Source: Oculina patagonica (Eukaryota). Taken from it: a stretch of 64,000 bases of DNA. Numbering within the stretch: position 1 is the first letter of the stretch; each line of letters opens with the position of its first letter. Shown piece by piece: positions 1 through 27,283 of this stretch. The position numbers and the translations under genes were made by a program. The stretch spans positions 310,001-374,000 of the forward strand of contig NC_135763.1 in NCBI RefSeq assembly GCF_052425735.1, read 5' to 3'. Below the pieces are notes generated by a model. The model worked only from the letters and a program-made list of their open reading frames with translations, made no database searches and was not told the DNA's origin.

Positions 1-725
1 AGGCAAAGATTTTAGCCATCTGTCTGTAATGATAAAATAACGACAATGTTTGATGGTTAAGTCATTTGATAAGGGCTTAAAACCCTCAAAAATAATGATG
101 ACATACCTTAGTAGCTATGCGACCATGAAATAAAATTAAGATTTTTGTTTATAGTGTTTCCTCTTTTTCAGTGGAGAATAACTGTTTTAGCAAAACCTGC
201 ACACTTATCAATTCAACAACCTAATGCACGAAAAACCATGTGTTCATCCTGAGCTGCCCCAAGCCCCAAGGGCCCTCTGTTGATTGACAGTTGTAGTCAA
301 TCAGATTGTGTGTTTTCCAATAGTTAGTCACTGAGGTATTCTAATGGATCATCATCACTATACAACTTACTAACGAGTAAAAGTTCACACTAGCACCAAA
401 ACAAGTTTTAGAGTAAAAACGTTTACAAAAAAGACGTTTTTGCCTGAACATGTTTGTTTACACTGTTCACATCAGGTGTAGCGCTTTAAGGTTTAAATCA
501 GTTTTTGGACTTTTTTATACATAAAAATTTGTTTCTATAAAGAGATAACAATAAGTTAGATGCTACAAATTAGTTTTTTTGAGTTGCACTGTGGGCAGAA
601 ATGTATATTTAATGGCTAGTTCTTGTTTATTGCAATCTATCGTAAAATGTGTTCTTTGTATGTTTCATTCAAATATGTCATTGACAAGTTATTATATAAT
701 AAATACAAATGAGCTAGTTTAGTTC

Positions 726-3424
726 TTAGACTCTGTAATGAGAATCAGATTCAGACTCTACAGCAAAACGTTGAAGCTTACAAAAGTACATCGGGCTCCA
801 GTTCTTTGTCTTGGATGGTAACACTAGAATGCCATTTTTCGTTGTTCTGTAATTGAACATTTCTGAAATAAAATGATTTGTAAACTGTGAGTCCACTACC
901 TCAACTTTGAGCTGACTGTTCTCTGAACATTTTGTCAAAACCTGATCAACAACTCTGTCATTTTCTAACGGCGACATAGAGCAGGTGGAATAAACCACAA
1001 TTCCACCAGGAACAACAGTTTGTAAAGCAGACATGAGAAGTTTTCTCTGCACGTTGGCATTTGCCTTGGAGTGTTCCTCAGACCAGAAGCTGAATTCAAA
1101 GTTAGTATGCAAGTTGTGTCGTTCAGACGAGCATGGTACATCAAGAAGGACTCTGTCGTATGTGCAAGGTTCATACTCGCCATATTTGAAACCTGTCAAG
1201 TTTCTTATGTGAACCAAGTCTTTGGTTTTGGATATCTTTGGTACGTAGTCCTTAATTACCTAGAAATAAAACATTAAAGGTAACCATATCATAGGAAAAT
1301 AGTATTCCTTTCACATACCCACAGAAGGGATAATGCAGCTCTTTTTTTTAATTTTTCACAAAATACCTCAAAATTATCAATAAATTGATCCTTTGATAGG
1401 TCTGTTCGAGATATTTTAAAAAGGTCTTTTAAATACCTATAGTAAATGACAGTTTTACCTAGTGAGTACTGACTCTTTTGTATACTCCCAAATTGTGAAA
1501 TCATCTTACTTTAATACACCTACAGCCTGAATAATTATTAGGTACCCCTTTTGGGCGGAGCCTCCCTGTACAGTCCCCGTTAAATAAGGAGTACCCCCAG
1601 AATCAGGCGTTTCGAATGGTAAGTGGCAGCGAGACTTTGCGAGATGGTGAGAATGATATCTTTTCTGCGAGCCTGAGACCTTGTTAGCCTTGCAAAAGAA
1701 ATCGAGACTCCGAGGAGGCGTCAAAGAAAATTTCAAGACAACGAGACATGCATTATTTGAATGACAATTCTCCAACCCCCAAGATTCCCACTCCCAAGAA
1801 ATAAACCAAATGAAAGAAAAATTACTGAGGAAATTCTATTTACCTTGTGTGGTGTAACCATTGTAATGAGGTAATATCTACAGTCGACCTTACCTTAATT
1901 AGATTTGCCCTTCTATGGTTTGCGACTTCACTAGCAACAAGACAGCCTTTGGTTGACAGGAATTGCGATATCAGGACACTTTTACCACCTGGAGCAGCAC
2001 ACATGTCAAGAACTGTGCTCTCTGGATGGAGATCAAGAGCTAAGACAGGCAGGATAGAGGAAGCATCCGGAAGATAGTAATCAAAATATCCATTGCTTGT
2101 TTCTCCTTGTTTTGGAAATCTAACATTTTCTAAACTTGGGAAGTAACAAGGCAGCTGGTCTTGATTTTGGCCATGCTCGTTAGGTGTGCTTTGAAGAGCT
2201 GGTATGTTATGAAGTTTTGCTGCTACTGTAGAGAGTTTTTCATGAGCTTCTTTGTGAGCAGAAAACTTGTTTACTACTGCACAATGCTGGACCGGTAGCT
2301 TAAGTGCCTCAAAAATCAAAGGCCAGTCTTCACCAAACTGCTCAGCATAAAATGTTTGGAAATTCTCCAAAGATGAAGCCTTTTTCCTTTGTATCTGTCA
2401 ATTACATGTAACAGCAAACACTCAGAGTCAATCAATAGTAACTGTTCTTGAAAGTTGTCCAAATAATGCCATGGGTGGCATTATTTGGACTTAAAAGATG
2501 TAGTGGTGGTTAAGCTATGTGGAAACATTTATGTACTTTACTCAGACTGTGGACCAGACTGTTGGGGGGAGCTGAGGAGGGAGGGGAAAAGAGGAATAGG
2601 GTGACTTTGAATTGCCAGTGGCCTGTTACTTCAAAAGGGTTAATTTGGTAGTAAATCCAATTCAAGATGGAACTTGGGTTTTGACAAAGTGCAAGCCAGG
2701 GAGTCATGAGAGCCACTAGTTTCTGGTTAGCCTAAATATCACCCGGTTAGCCTACGGTTAGCTTACTTAATATAGGGAGCTTAATAGTAGCCTCTATTTT
2801 GGGATTGATTGATTGCAAATGATTGATTGGAAAATTAAGCGGCAAGATTTCCGCACAGGACCCTACATTAATTATGCATACAATTTTTTGACTGATTCGT
2901 TCTTTTCGTGATTGCTGTTTATGTATAGTGATAGTATGAAATAGTTGCATACATAATTAATGTAGGGTCCTGTGCGGAGATCTTTCCAATTAAGCCCTAG
3001 GGGGAAAAGCGCAAAGAGGTCTTTAGAACCAATGCATGTGGGTACCAACCCAGGGCTGGGAGAGTCACCTACTCTTTTGACTCTTTTCAAACAGTGATTG
3101 AGAGTTCAGTGCTGAGTTCTGGCTCGCCCTGATTCATAGGACAGTCATACTTGATTGGGAAGCCACCACTTTGAATAATTTGGTAAGCGAAATCATAATA
3201 TAAGGGGGTTGGCTGTTGGATTGAATATTCCGGGACTTGATATATAAATGCAGAATGAATGCAGACTTTACGATAAAATGTTGACTGAAAATGAAATGAC
3301 TATGAAAATTTTTTAAAAACTGCATACATCTTACCTTCCATGACTTCTTCTTGTAATACCTTCTACCAAAAACAGCCAGAAAAGGACGAACAAAACTATT
3401 TTTTGAAGAAATTCGTCGAATCAT
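726..3424 (-). CDS. NSUN4: Mitochondrial rRNA m5C methyltransferase (NOL1/NOP2/Sun family), NSUN4-like; 3 exons
   Basis: Exons 3424-3335, 2394-1894, 1259-726 join in frame at GT-AG sites. Motifs VLDMCAAPGGKS, YDRVLLDVPCS and VVYSTCSMS. The Arg-rich presequence-like N-terminus ending RYYKKKSWK, and 'ENFQTFYAEQFGEDWPLI', resemble NSUN4 more than NSUN3. Confidence 0.85.
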
Positions 3425-3619
3425 TCTTACTACTGTACTCGCTTGCAGGCAGAAAATAACAAGGCGTTCCTTCAACACGTCGACTGGGCACCGCGGTCAA
3501 CGATCGAAAGGAGACTGGAAACGAATGAAGTCATTCACAAACTTGAAGAAGCACGTATGATAAAATTTCGGAAGGTAACAGGGAAATAATTCTCTGCTGT
3601 GAGATTTCACCATCCAGAA
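3425..3619. promoter_or_regulatory. Compact bidirectional promoter / 5' UTRs between NSUN4 and TFG
   Basis: Divergent ATGs at 3424 (-) and 3620 (+) with only 195 bp between them; contains an ETS-like CGGAAG near 3569. Confidence 0.6.
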
Positions 3620-6600
3620 ATGAATTACACTCCAGAAACGTTCTCCATTGGTGTGCCTGGAAATAGAGGGGTGAATTTTGTAGGCGGCAATGTAGATCTC
3701 AGTGGAACACTGATAATCAAAGCACGGTTGGGAGACGATATACGATGCATACCAATTCACAACGAGGACCTCACTTACGATGACTTATTGTTAATGATGC
3801 AAAGAGTTTACCGAGGAAAACTTAGTAACACGGATGATATTACAATTAAATACAAGGATGACGGTAAGCATTCAGATTGTCTGTGGCATATAAAATGGTA
3901 TTCTTTATCAAATTGTCCGGAGATTATCGAGCCTATTTAAAATTGACATCACTTATCATTACATTGCACTTGTTTCAGATGGCGATCTAGTAACCATTTT
4001 TGATAGTTCTGACCTTGCCTTTGCGCGAACCATATGCAGGATATTAAAGATAACTCTGTTTGGTAAGTAGGCGTAGTGCATTTTTTCAATTATACTGAAT
4101 TATACTATAAATATATTCCTCAGGATTGAGTTCAATTAAATTAAGCTTAATTATTTTGTTTAGATTCAATAGTAAACTTTTAGCTTAATTATAAATTGGC
4201 CAAGTTCTTATGTTTAATCGTATCTATTAAAAAATTCTTGATTTTGATTGGTGCCTGTTTGTTGTGTAATTGGCGCTCGATAACATGGGTGTCCAATTAG
4301 AGGTATCCAATTTGAACAACTTCAAATTAGCTACCTGTAATCGGATTTAGTATCTAATTCTTATAGGGCATGAGGGTTATACTGAGATAATGTCACCCAA
4401 GGTCTTTCTGGTGCAGACTGAATAAAGTGAGGTCTGTGCAAGAAGGACAGAAAGTGATATTGTCCCAGTACAGTCTGAGCTTATGAGAGTAAATAAGAAG
4501 TTCATTTATTGTTTTCTTTGCTATGCTGTTGCCTATGTTTTTCTAGGCAGCCGATCATTAACATTGCTTGTAATGCCCATTAGCTGTCAGTGCTTTTCGT
4601 ATATGTACCAGAAATGACTCTTAACAGCAGGGAACATCTTGAATTGGCTGCAAGTAAAAAGGTTTAGAAATCATTGCAAGCTTCTGAATATACAATAATG
4701 TAGAAAACATGTTGCAGTGGGGGTGTGTACTTGTCTTGTTCTATAACATCAAATGTAAAATAAATATGTTGAATTTTTCTTCAGTTAATGGAAAGCCTCG
4801 ACCTCCAGAACACACCCTTGTTGCAGAGTTTAGAAGAGAATTGACGCAGATTAGGGATAGGATTAATTATCTTCTGAACAGACTGGAGATAAGTGATGAA
4901 AGTGACCAGCCCAAGGGTGGACCACAACAGCCAGTTGATAAGAAAATTGTACAAGGTTTGTGGCTTACAGTATGTAAGGTTTTGAAAAGTTGTACTTACA
5001 AAAATGATATTTTATGCCAGTTACTGTATTTGTAAAACAATCAAAGTAATTAAACATTGGCCCAGGGACATAAGTCTTTTTTCTGCTAATATGGCACAAA
5101 CATTTTGTTGCGTAAAGTATGTGTAGACTGTATGGAAGATGAAACAGTGCACTGAGTTAGATACTTAATGCTATCCACTGGATAGTGATTTATCTGATGG
5201 AAAGTGTTTAATCCATCCTTTTAACAACCAGGCTCAGAATTCGACCTGCTATAATCTTGGCACATTGACAAGATCATTTTAAAATTTACAATAAAACACA
5301 TTTGCTTCAGAAAGGCTGCTTAGATATTATTGGAATTGGATGCTAATGTAATGTATTTCTGAATTCTGTAGTTCCCACTCAGGAACAGTCACCGCCTATA
5401 GTACATGTTCCTCCTCCCAAGCCCACCCCTGAGGTGACCATGTTTGATCCTCTTGCTAAGGATAAACAGCAGCCAGACAGTTCCACTGGAAACATCTCAC
5501 GGCAGCCGCTGTATCCCAGCGCTGCCGCTGCCACTGATGGAGGTCAGACCATTTAACATTTAACTTCGGTGGTTGAATCTTTTAAAGTTCCAGGACTTAA
5601 GTCATATTCTCATACACTGAATTCCCCTTGTCTGCTACACAAGAATGCAACAGCATTAATTGACATGTCAACAAAGCTTACAGACATAACAAAAAGAGAC
5701 TTTGCCCACACTGAACAAAACAGCAACGAAGAACTCATGACAGACTGGCAGAGGGTTGGGAGATTGGGAAAGCTGTTAATGGGTTTGGCAAGAAACAAAA
5801 ACTGACTCACATAACCAACCCTCCAAGTTTACTTTTTTCCTTAGTGGCCATTTGGCCACTGACTGCTCAAGTTTGGTCGCCAGTGAAAAGTTTTTGTCGC
5901 TAAATTAAGCTCACGCTTTCAATCCTTCTTTTCAATTTTAGTCGCCAGACTGGCAACTTTAGTTCCAATTTAATCGCCAGCTAAAAAATTTTAGTCACCA
6001 TGGCGACTAAAATGGTCTTAACTTGGAGAGTTGATAACCAAGTTTGACATCTGATATTGTGAGTCGTACCCAGCCCTCCATTCAGTGTTTGAACACTTTA
6101 TTTCTTTCCTCTTTCAAGCTCAGCTGGCATGAAAGACATTTTTTTCAGAAACCAGTCATATCATGTTTGAGCCATCCAAGCACCTTCTAAGTCTTAAGAA
6201 TTTCACGAGCTGCATTTTAACTTTTTGAAAAAAATATCTTTTCAAATACCATAAATTTCTGACCCTACACTCAACTGTTGGTAATTATAGGAACAATTAA
6301 AACTTTTTAAAAAAAATTACATCTGCAGGTTTAAAGAGCCAAGAGCTAAGTTCCCAAGGATATCAGGCAAGTCCTGCGTCACAGCAGATGCAGCTTCCAG
6401 GACAGCAGAACATCGCGCCGTCATCTCTGGCAAACAAAGCACCTGCAGCATCATCATATGCACAGCAGACCCAGTATCCGCAGCAGGCCACCCAAGCACC
6501 CCCGCAATCTTATGCTCCCACTTCCACTCAGACACAGTCAACTTACCCCGGTATGACCAGTGCAGCAGCTGCCACTTATCCAGCTAGCCAAGCTCAACAG

Positions 6601-6894
6601 CCTTATGGCCAAACCAGTCAGCAAAGTTACACTCCGCAAAGCCAGAGTTACTCAGCTGCTGGCGTCACAGCATATTCTGGGTCAGGACAGACACAGACAC
6701 AGTACCAAGCTGGTTATCAACAGCAACAGCAGCAGCCGCAGCAGCCGCAATCTCAACAGCAACCTGCGGCACAGAGTGGTTATGGTGGTACACAAGCATC
6801 AGTGTATCCTAGTAACCAACAGTATCCACAGCAACCCGCATATAATCAATATAATTATAACTATCAACAACAGCAGACATATCCGAATTATTGA
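3620..6894 (+). CDS. TFG: Protein TFG (PB1 domain, coiled coil, Q/P/Y-rich tail); 5 exons
   Basis: Exons 3620-3863, 3979-4062, 4785-4955, 5372-5542, 6329-6894. [66 protein letters not shown] matches the TFG PB1 domain; [20 protein letters not shown] is the coiled coil. Confidence 0.93.
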
Positions 6895-9841
6895 TACTTT
6901 TCACCTGGTGAGATATCATTGTAATCTGCTAGGACAGAACTCAATGTTGGATTGTGCATTTTGCATTTTCCACATGCAAAGAATGCAATCTTGGTCCCGA
7001 CATTGAAGTATGTTATAGGCTAGGTTAGCAACTAATAAAAAATGTAATGGTTTTTTTAATTACAAGTGTAAAAGTGTAAAAGATTGTGGTAGGGTATAAG
7101 TATTTGTAAAAAAGTAAACAAAACTGTGATTGTGTAGTTTTCTGCTTTCAGCTGCAAAGCAGGCTATAGCTTTCAAGTTTGCAACATGCTAATGAGCCAC
7201 AAAAGAGTCTTGCCATTAGTTGTAAGGAGGCTGTGGCATTTATTAACTTTTCCTAGGTATATTAATAAGGAACTACATGAGAAAACATAGTGCAATCACT
7301 TATTATAAAAGGATGAGAAATTGGTTAAGAGATCTAAATTTCCTTTTTCAAATTTGGATCTGTATTTTGGTTTATGCCAAGAACCTACATGCAGAAGTGG
7401 GAAGAATTTGTAAGTTAATTGTAAAGCTTGGTGTAAGGACTTGGCTGAGTAAAATCAGTTTACAGCCTGAATCCTAGAAAGAACATGAGAAAATTAACAA
7501 CCAAAACATTTCTGAGTGAGTGGCTCACCAAGTGCTGTAACTTTTTAAAAAACGTTACTGTCAGTATAAACTGAGAGAGTAATGACAGCTCTTGCCAGTC
7601 TAGTGCTAATAAGCACTCTTGAGAGATTCAGATAAGTGATAAGAACTTTGAAAATTGCTGACTAGTGTACCAACAAATTCTTTACTAGCACTAAAAGAAG
7701 AAATATATGCATTCAGTAAGGAGAACGAATGCTCTTTTACAGTTTGGGTTACATGGTTTAATAGGGAAAGTATTAACATGGGTAACAAAAAAGCATTGAA
7801 AAGTGGAAATGAAATAATTTTATTGCTTTCACTGACTTTCATACTTGATCCAGCTCAGCCAATCACTGACCTAATACGTGCAATAACAAAGCAAGGACAT
7901 TTAATATGGTTAGAATTAAGTGATTGGAACACCTCTCTCACTCAAACTTGGAGCTTTTGCTTGGCAAAAAAAGCATCACTTTTTTACCTTATTAGTTAAA
8001 AAGGCAGCATTAACTACCTATTAATAGGTACACAAGTAAATAACCCAAGGTTAAATAATTTTTCTCGTACTAATAAAATGACAAAAAAACCCGAAGTGTG
8101 TTGGTTTGCTATATCTTCAAAATCCCCAATTTCAACATTCAAATTCTCACAGTTTTCAGAGCTCCACCTCACTATGACCTCACACCTAAGAGAAATTGGT
8201 AAACCCATCGAGCTAAAAAATTTTGGTTGTAACGTGTTTGTCCGTGCGTCCGTACTCTGCAATACGCGATAAATACGAATTGGTTCATGCTTAGCGTGCG
8301 TGTACCGCGTTTATAGGTGCACGCGGGAAATTTGGAAAGCACGAAAGATGCGTACGTTTTACCATGATGGCTCAAAATGCAAAGCATTGCGGGTATAGGG
8401 TCCAATCCTCCTTGGCTCAATTCTTAAATTCTTGCTTTTCACATGACGTCATCAAAATTCTAAAATCCAGAATCGCGAGACCCCTGACTTTTTATCCTTA
8501 ACTGCCAATTAGACGTCCTTAATATAACTTATTATAGGAAATTAACGCTTCATGAAATTAACGTGATTTTTTTAAATTCGCGTTAATTTTTGTTAACGTA
8601 AATTTCCGCACCGTTAATTAGAGTGGACGGTTAATTTCCATGACCTTAATTTCCATTATTTTGGCCCTAATTTCTCGTTACAGTCCAGACATTCCTGACT
8701 CCTAGGAAAATGCTTTATTTTATCAGGTTGGAAATCTGCCAGTATAACTAAAACTGTGAAGAACGCTCGAGGCGGTCGGAATTCTTCGCTTAGCCCATAC
8801 GTTTAGGATTACACGCCAAGTGTTAAAATAAAATTATTCCTGTTGTCACAACAAGTTTTTTCTTTGTGTTCGTCGCGTTAATTTCCTTCATTTTGAAATT
8901 TTAACCCCTCTTTCGCGTTAATTTCCTCTATTGGGAAGTAATTTTTCCTTCGATTCGCGTTAATTTAAGTCGCGTTAATTTCAAATACCTTAATTAACAC
9001 AAGCGTTTTAAAATTTCCTATATTAAGGTATATTTTAATGAAGGTTTTTAAGATATACCGTTAACATTTTGAATTTCGGAGTTTCGCGCCACACGACATC
9101 AAAATGGCCGCCTGAAGGCTGTCACGTATGTTTACTGAAAATGCCTCCTCCTGTTATTTGTAATAATCTAAACAGCTGAGGTTTTACGAGAAGTGTTTAT
9201 GTGAATGTTTAAGTGTTCATGAAGGTGAACTGACAGATGTTTTCATTGATTTCCGGCGGCCATGTTGGAGCCCTTCACACGGACTCCAACATGGCGTTTC
9301 CATACTGAGCTCTCTAAGTTTGTGTAAAACATTTTGACAGATAACTCAAGTACGGAATACCGTACAGACTTGAGACTTGGACACGTTGATTATCTAGTAA
9401 TTTTCTACAACCTGTAATATTCTTGATTTTTTTTTACTCAATAGTTTTGGATTTATATTTAGCAGCGCGTGACAGCAGCGTTACTGGCGTGACCAGCATG
9501 CGCGCTATGTTATAATTACAACATACATACAATAACATACAAGTTATTGCCGGTCGTGATTTACAAGTCGCGCTCAGGAGATAAATAACTGTGCTCCGCT
9601 TTTAGCCTTAGTACTGTATAACCTTTATATTAGATTTTACAGTGACTGTTAACAACCTCTGTGGGTTTCCTTTCGGCTCTGACAGTCCTTACCCGGACTG
9701 CCTCCCCAAATGCGCTCAATGGCGATTTGCATGATGGCATACACCGGCTACAACTACCAGAATGCTTCACTGTGTAATTGTTAGCTAAGCCTAGACTGTT
9801 CTCAGGTTCTCTATTTTTTTAACGCAAAAGAACGTGAGATC

Positions 9842-10370
9842 TAGGCTTTTATAGATTGTGCTAGCATAATTTTTGGCATAATTGGAGCTAAAAAGCATAA
9901 TTTGTGAAACGAGCACTGCCACGGCATAATTAGCAATTTTTAGCACTTTTTGGAGCATAAATTCATAAAATGTAGTAAATATGGTGTACTTTCTACAGAA
10001 ATAAATGAAATTTAGGTAGTTTGTTCTTGCAATGCGTGTTTTAGCTATACAATTGTGATTGTTAAGTCGTTGGAGGCATTTTACAAACGGTTTAGAGATG
10101 CGAGCAGCTAATTTGGACAGCTGACGGCCGTGATAAACTGCCATAAACACAAATAAATTTACAACAACAGTTTATTTAAAAAACATCATAATTTGGTGTC
10201 GTTATTGCGCACCTCTATGTATAGAATCTACGTCATTTTGTGAGCATAATTTCGGAAATCAGAAGCATAATTTGGGAATTCTGGCATAATTTTTGCATAA
10301 TTTGGCAAAATTTTGAGCACTGCTAGTAGCATAATATGCCACTTTTAGGAGCACAATCTATAAAAGCCTA
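9842..10370. mobile_element. Non-autonomous DNA element (MITE)
   Basis: Terminal inverted repeats TAGGCTTTTATAGATTGTGCT ... AGCACAATCTATAAAAGCCTA, with subterminal GCATAATT repeats. Confidence 0.75.
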
Positions 10371-10731
10371 CCCCCACCCCTTCCAGGTTGCGCCTCATAA
10401 AGAGGAAAACATTTAGATAAAGGATAACCTGCGATCAGGCGTTATTTTTCTCGCAGCGATAGGCTCGCACGGCCGTTCAACTTCTTTTTAAGAAAGAACT
10501 TTATACAGCTTGCGAACGCAGACGTATTTCCGGCTGTCGTTTCTCTCCGCAGCCGGGAAATACGTCTGTGTCCGAATATTCTTACCGGTTTCCCAGGCCC
10601 AATAGGCTTCCAAGTAAGGCCAGGTTACCAAGTGGTTTGTTGAACTTCTTCTTTGGCTTATTGCGTGAGAAAAGTAAAACATACACGTGCAAAGCCGGGT
10701 GAAAAATACATCATACCTGTTGTCGATTTCC

Positions 10732-25649
<14,918 letters not shown>

Positions 25650-26313
25650 CGACTCTTCGTTGTGAATCGAATTAAAAAGTGGAATCGTTTATTACAATCA
25701 ACAGGCAGCAAGAAATGTCGTCAGAATTAAATTTCATCCCAACGTGTAGTTATTTAGTTATTTAAATTTAGTGGAGACTTACTGAGAGTGAACATGTCTG
25801 TTGGTTTCTTGTAATGTTTGTTGAGGACACTCTTCGGATTTAACAAATTTCATATTTGAGATTTTACCCTTAATTGCCATTTACTCAAAACAGCAACATG
25901 AGTTGCTCCTGTTGACAGAAATTTTGATATTTGTTATTTTGGGGAAATTTCCAGTAGTAAATGCTGGAACGTTAAAAGTGAACGATGGTGAAAGTTCTTT
26001 TATCCGTTGGGCATAACAGGCCTTAATTTCTTTGTTCTCTTCAATCGAAGAGCCTGGGAAAGGGCTTTAGCAAGATGTATGTTAATTCCCCATTACTGCG
26101 TTATTCTGGTAAAGGTTCAGTGAAATTGTCACCAATCCTCAAACCTGAATTCTCAAAGTATTGTAATAAACTGACTCAAGACAATTCATCCCTGGTGTTC
26201 AATTTCTTCCTTTTTACGACCTCTACACTAAACGTTTCCTAATGAGATGTTTGGAGATGGCGTTCAGAGCCAACAGATAAGTAGCAGAACCTCTCTACTG
26301 CCTCTACATAGAG

Positions 26314-26746
26314 CCCCAGGGGGGTACTCCAGCTTGTAAATGACAGGGATGATCGAATGGAGGCAAAACTCAGGACCCCAAAAATCCCTAAGTCTTCCGA
26401 CATTACCCCCCAAAAATCCCTGTATCAAAAATAACCCCCCAAAAACTCCTTTGTCAAATTACCCTTAAATTGCCAGGAGGGGCAATAATATAACACAAAG
26501 AAAATCAAAAAAATTAAACGCTAGTGTTTGTTCATTCATGATACCATAAATACGCCAAAGGCCGCACCAAGGCACTTCAGTTCGTTTTCAATACCCCAAA
26601 AAATCCCCTATTTAAATCAAGTCACCCCCAAAAATACTTACCAAATTTTCCAACCCAAAAAAATCCCGCAATCGAAAATTTCAACCCTAAAAAATCCTTC
26701 GATCATCCCCGTCATTTACAAGCCGGAGTACCCCCCCCCCCCCGGG
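26314..26746. mobile_element. Dispersed MITE; second copy at ~60759-61115
   Basis: TIR CCC.GGGGGGTACTCC.GCTTGTAAATGAC.GGGATGATCGAA; the interior is shared with 60759-61115. Confidence 0.75.
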
Positions 26747-26897
26747 CATGGAGCTTTTCTATTTACACTCTGCGCACGATATCGGTGTCTTACTTTAAAA
26801 AAAAATTGTATTATTTAAAGACTGCATGCTGCTGGGTTGTACGTTTTATGTTTTGTTGATGTATTTACAGCTTCGTAAAGGAAAAAGTGGAAGAAAA

Positions 26898-27007
26898 AAA
26901 AACTGGGGGTGGCTAGCCCTTTGGATTTCACCAAGCCGTTCCAAGTCAGGAGGCCCGCTAGGTATCTCCCATTCGCTACGGCTTTAGTATGCGGGATCAG
27001 AGATCCC
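26898..27007 (-). ncRNA. Divergent U6-like Pol III small nuclear RNA, copy 1
   Basis: 105 nt + T9 terminator; 104/105 identical to 48298-48402. Has a 5' hairpin GGGAUC/GAUCCC, AUACUAAA, GAGA-N5-AGC, an ISL-like hairpin and AAAUCC; TATA at about -24 to -32. Confidence 0.75.
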
Positions 27008-27030
27008 AGTAATTTGCTTTTCTTACGCGA

Positions 27031-27283
27031 TATATAAATCATTTCGTCTACGAAGCATCATCCATGTGGGGTGCGGTAAATAGTTACTCATTAACTTAAC
27101 TCTGTCTGAAGGCGTGTAAAAGTTGTTGATATTGCTTATCATTTTATTATAATTTGTTTTTTAATATCCTTGTAATGACAGCTAGCTGCAATAAAAATAA
27201 GAAAACAAAACAGTTTTCTTCCTGATACGCATGCGCAGTGTATCAAGAAGGTCGAATCAGCTAATTAAATATGCAAGAGAGTT
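27031..27283 (-). promoter_or_regulatory. Type 3 Pol III (U6-type) promoter: TATA, PSE-like and DSE-like blocks
   Basis: TTTATATA at about -30. Block catccat.tgg...aatagttact.at.aactt.actc from about -51. Distal TACGCATGCGCA and GCTAATTAAATATGCAAGAGAGTT (octamer-like). The PSE-like and distal blocks recur upstream of copy 2. Confidence 0.7.

Noticed and set aside
7990-9500. Short ORFs between TFG and YARS
   Set aside because: No recognisable motifs or consistent exon chain; the region is dominated by nested repeat fragments.
26898-27007. Identity as canonical U6, U6atac, 7SK, vault, Y RNA or tRNA
   Set aside because: Lacks ACAGAGA and AAGGAGAGA; has a U6-type 5' hairpin; no cloverleaf or A/B boxes; no 5'-3' closing stem as in vault or Y RNA; too short for 7SK.
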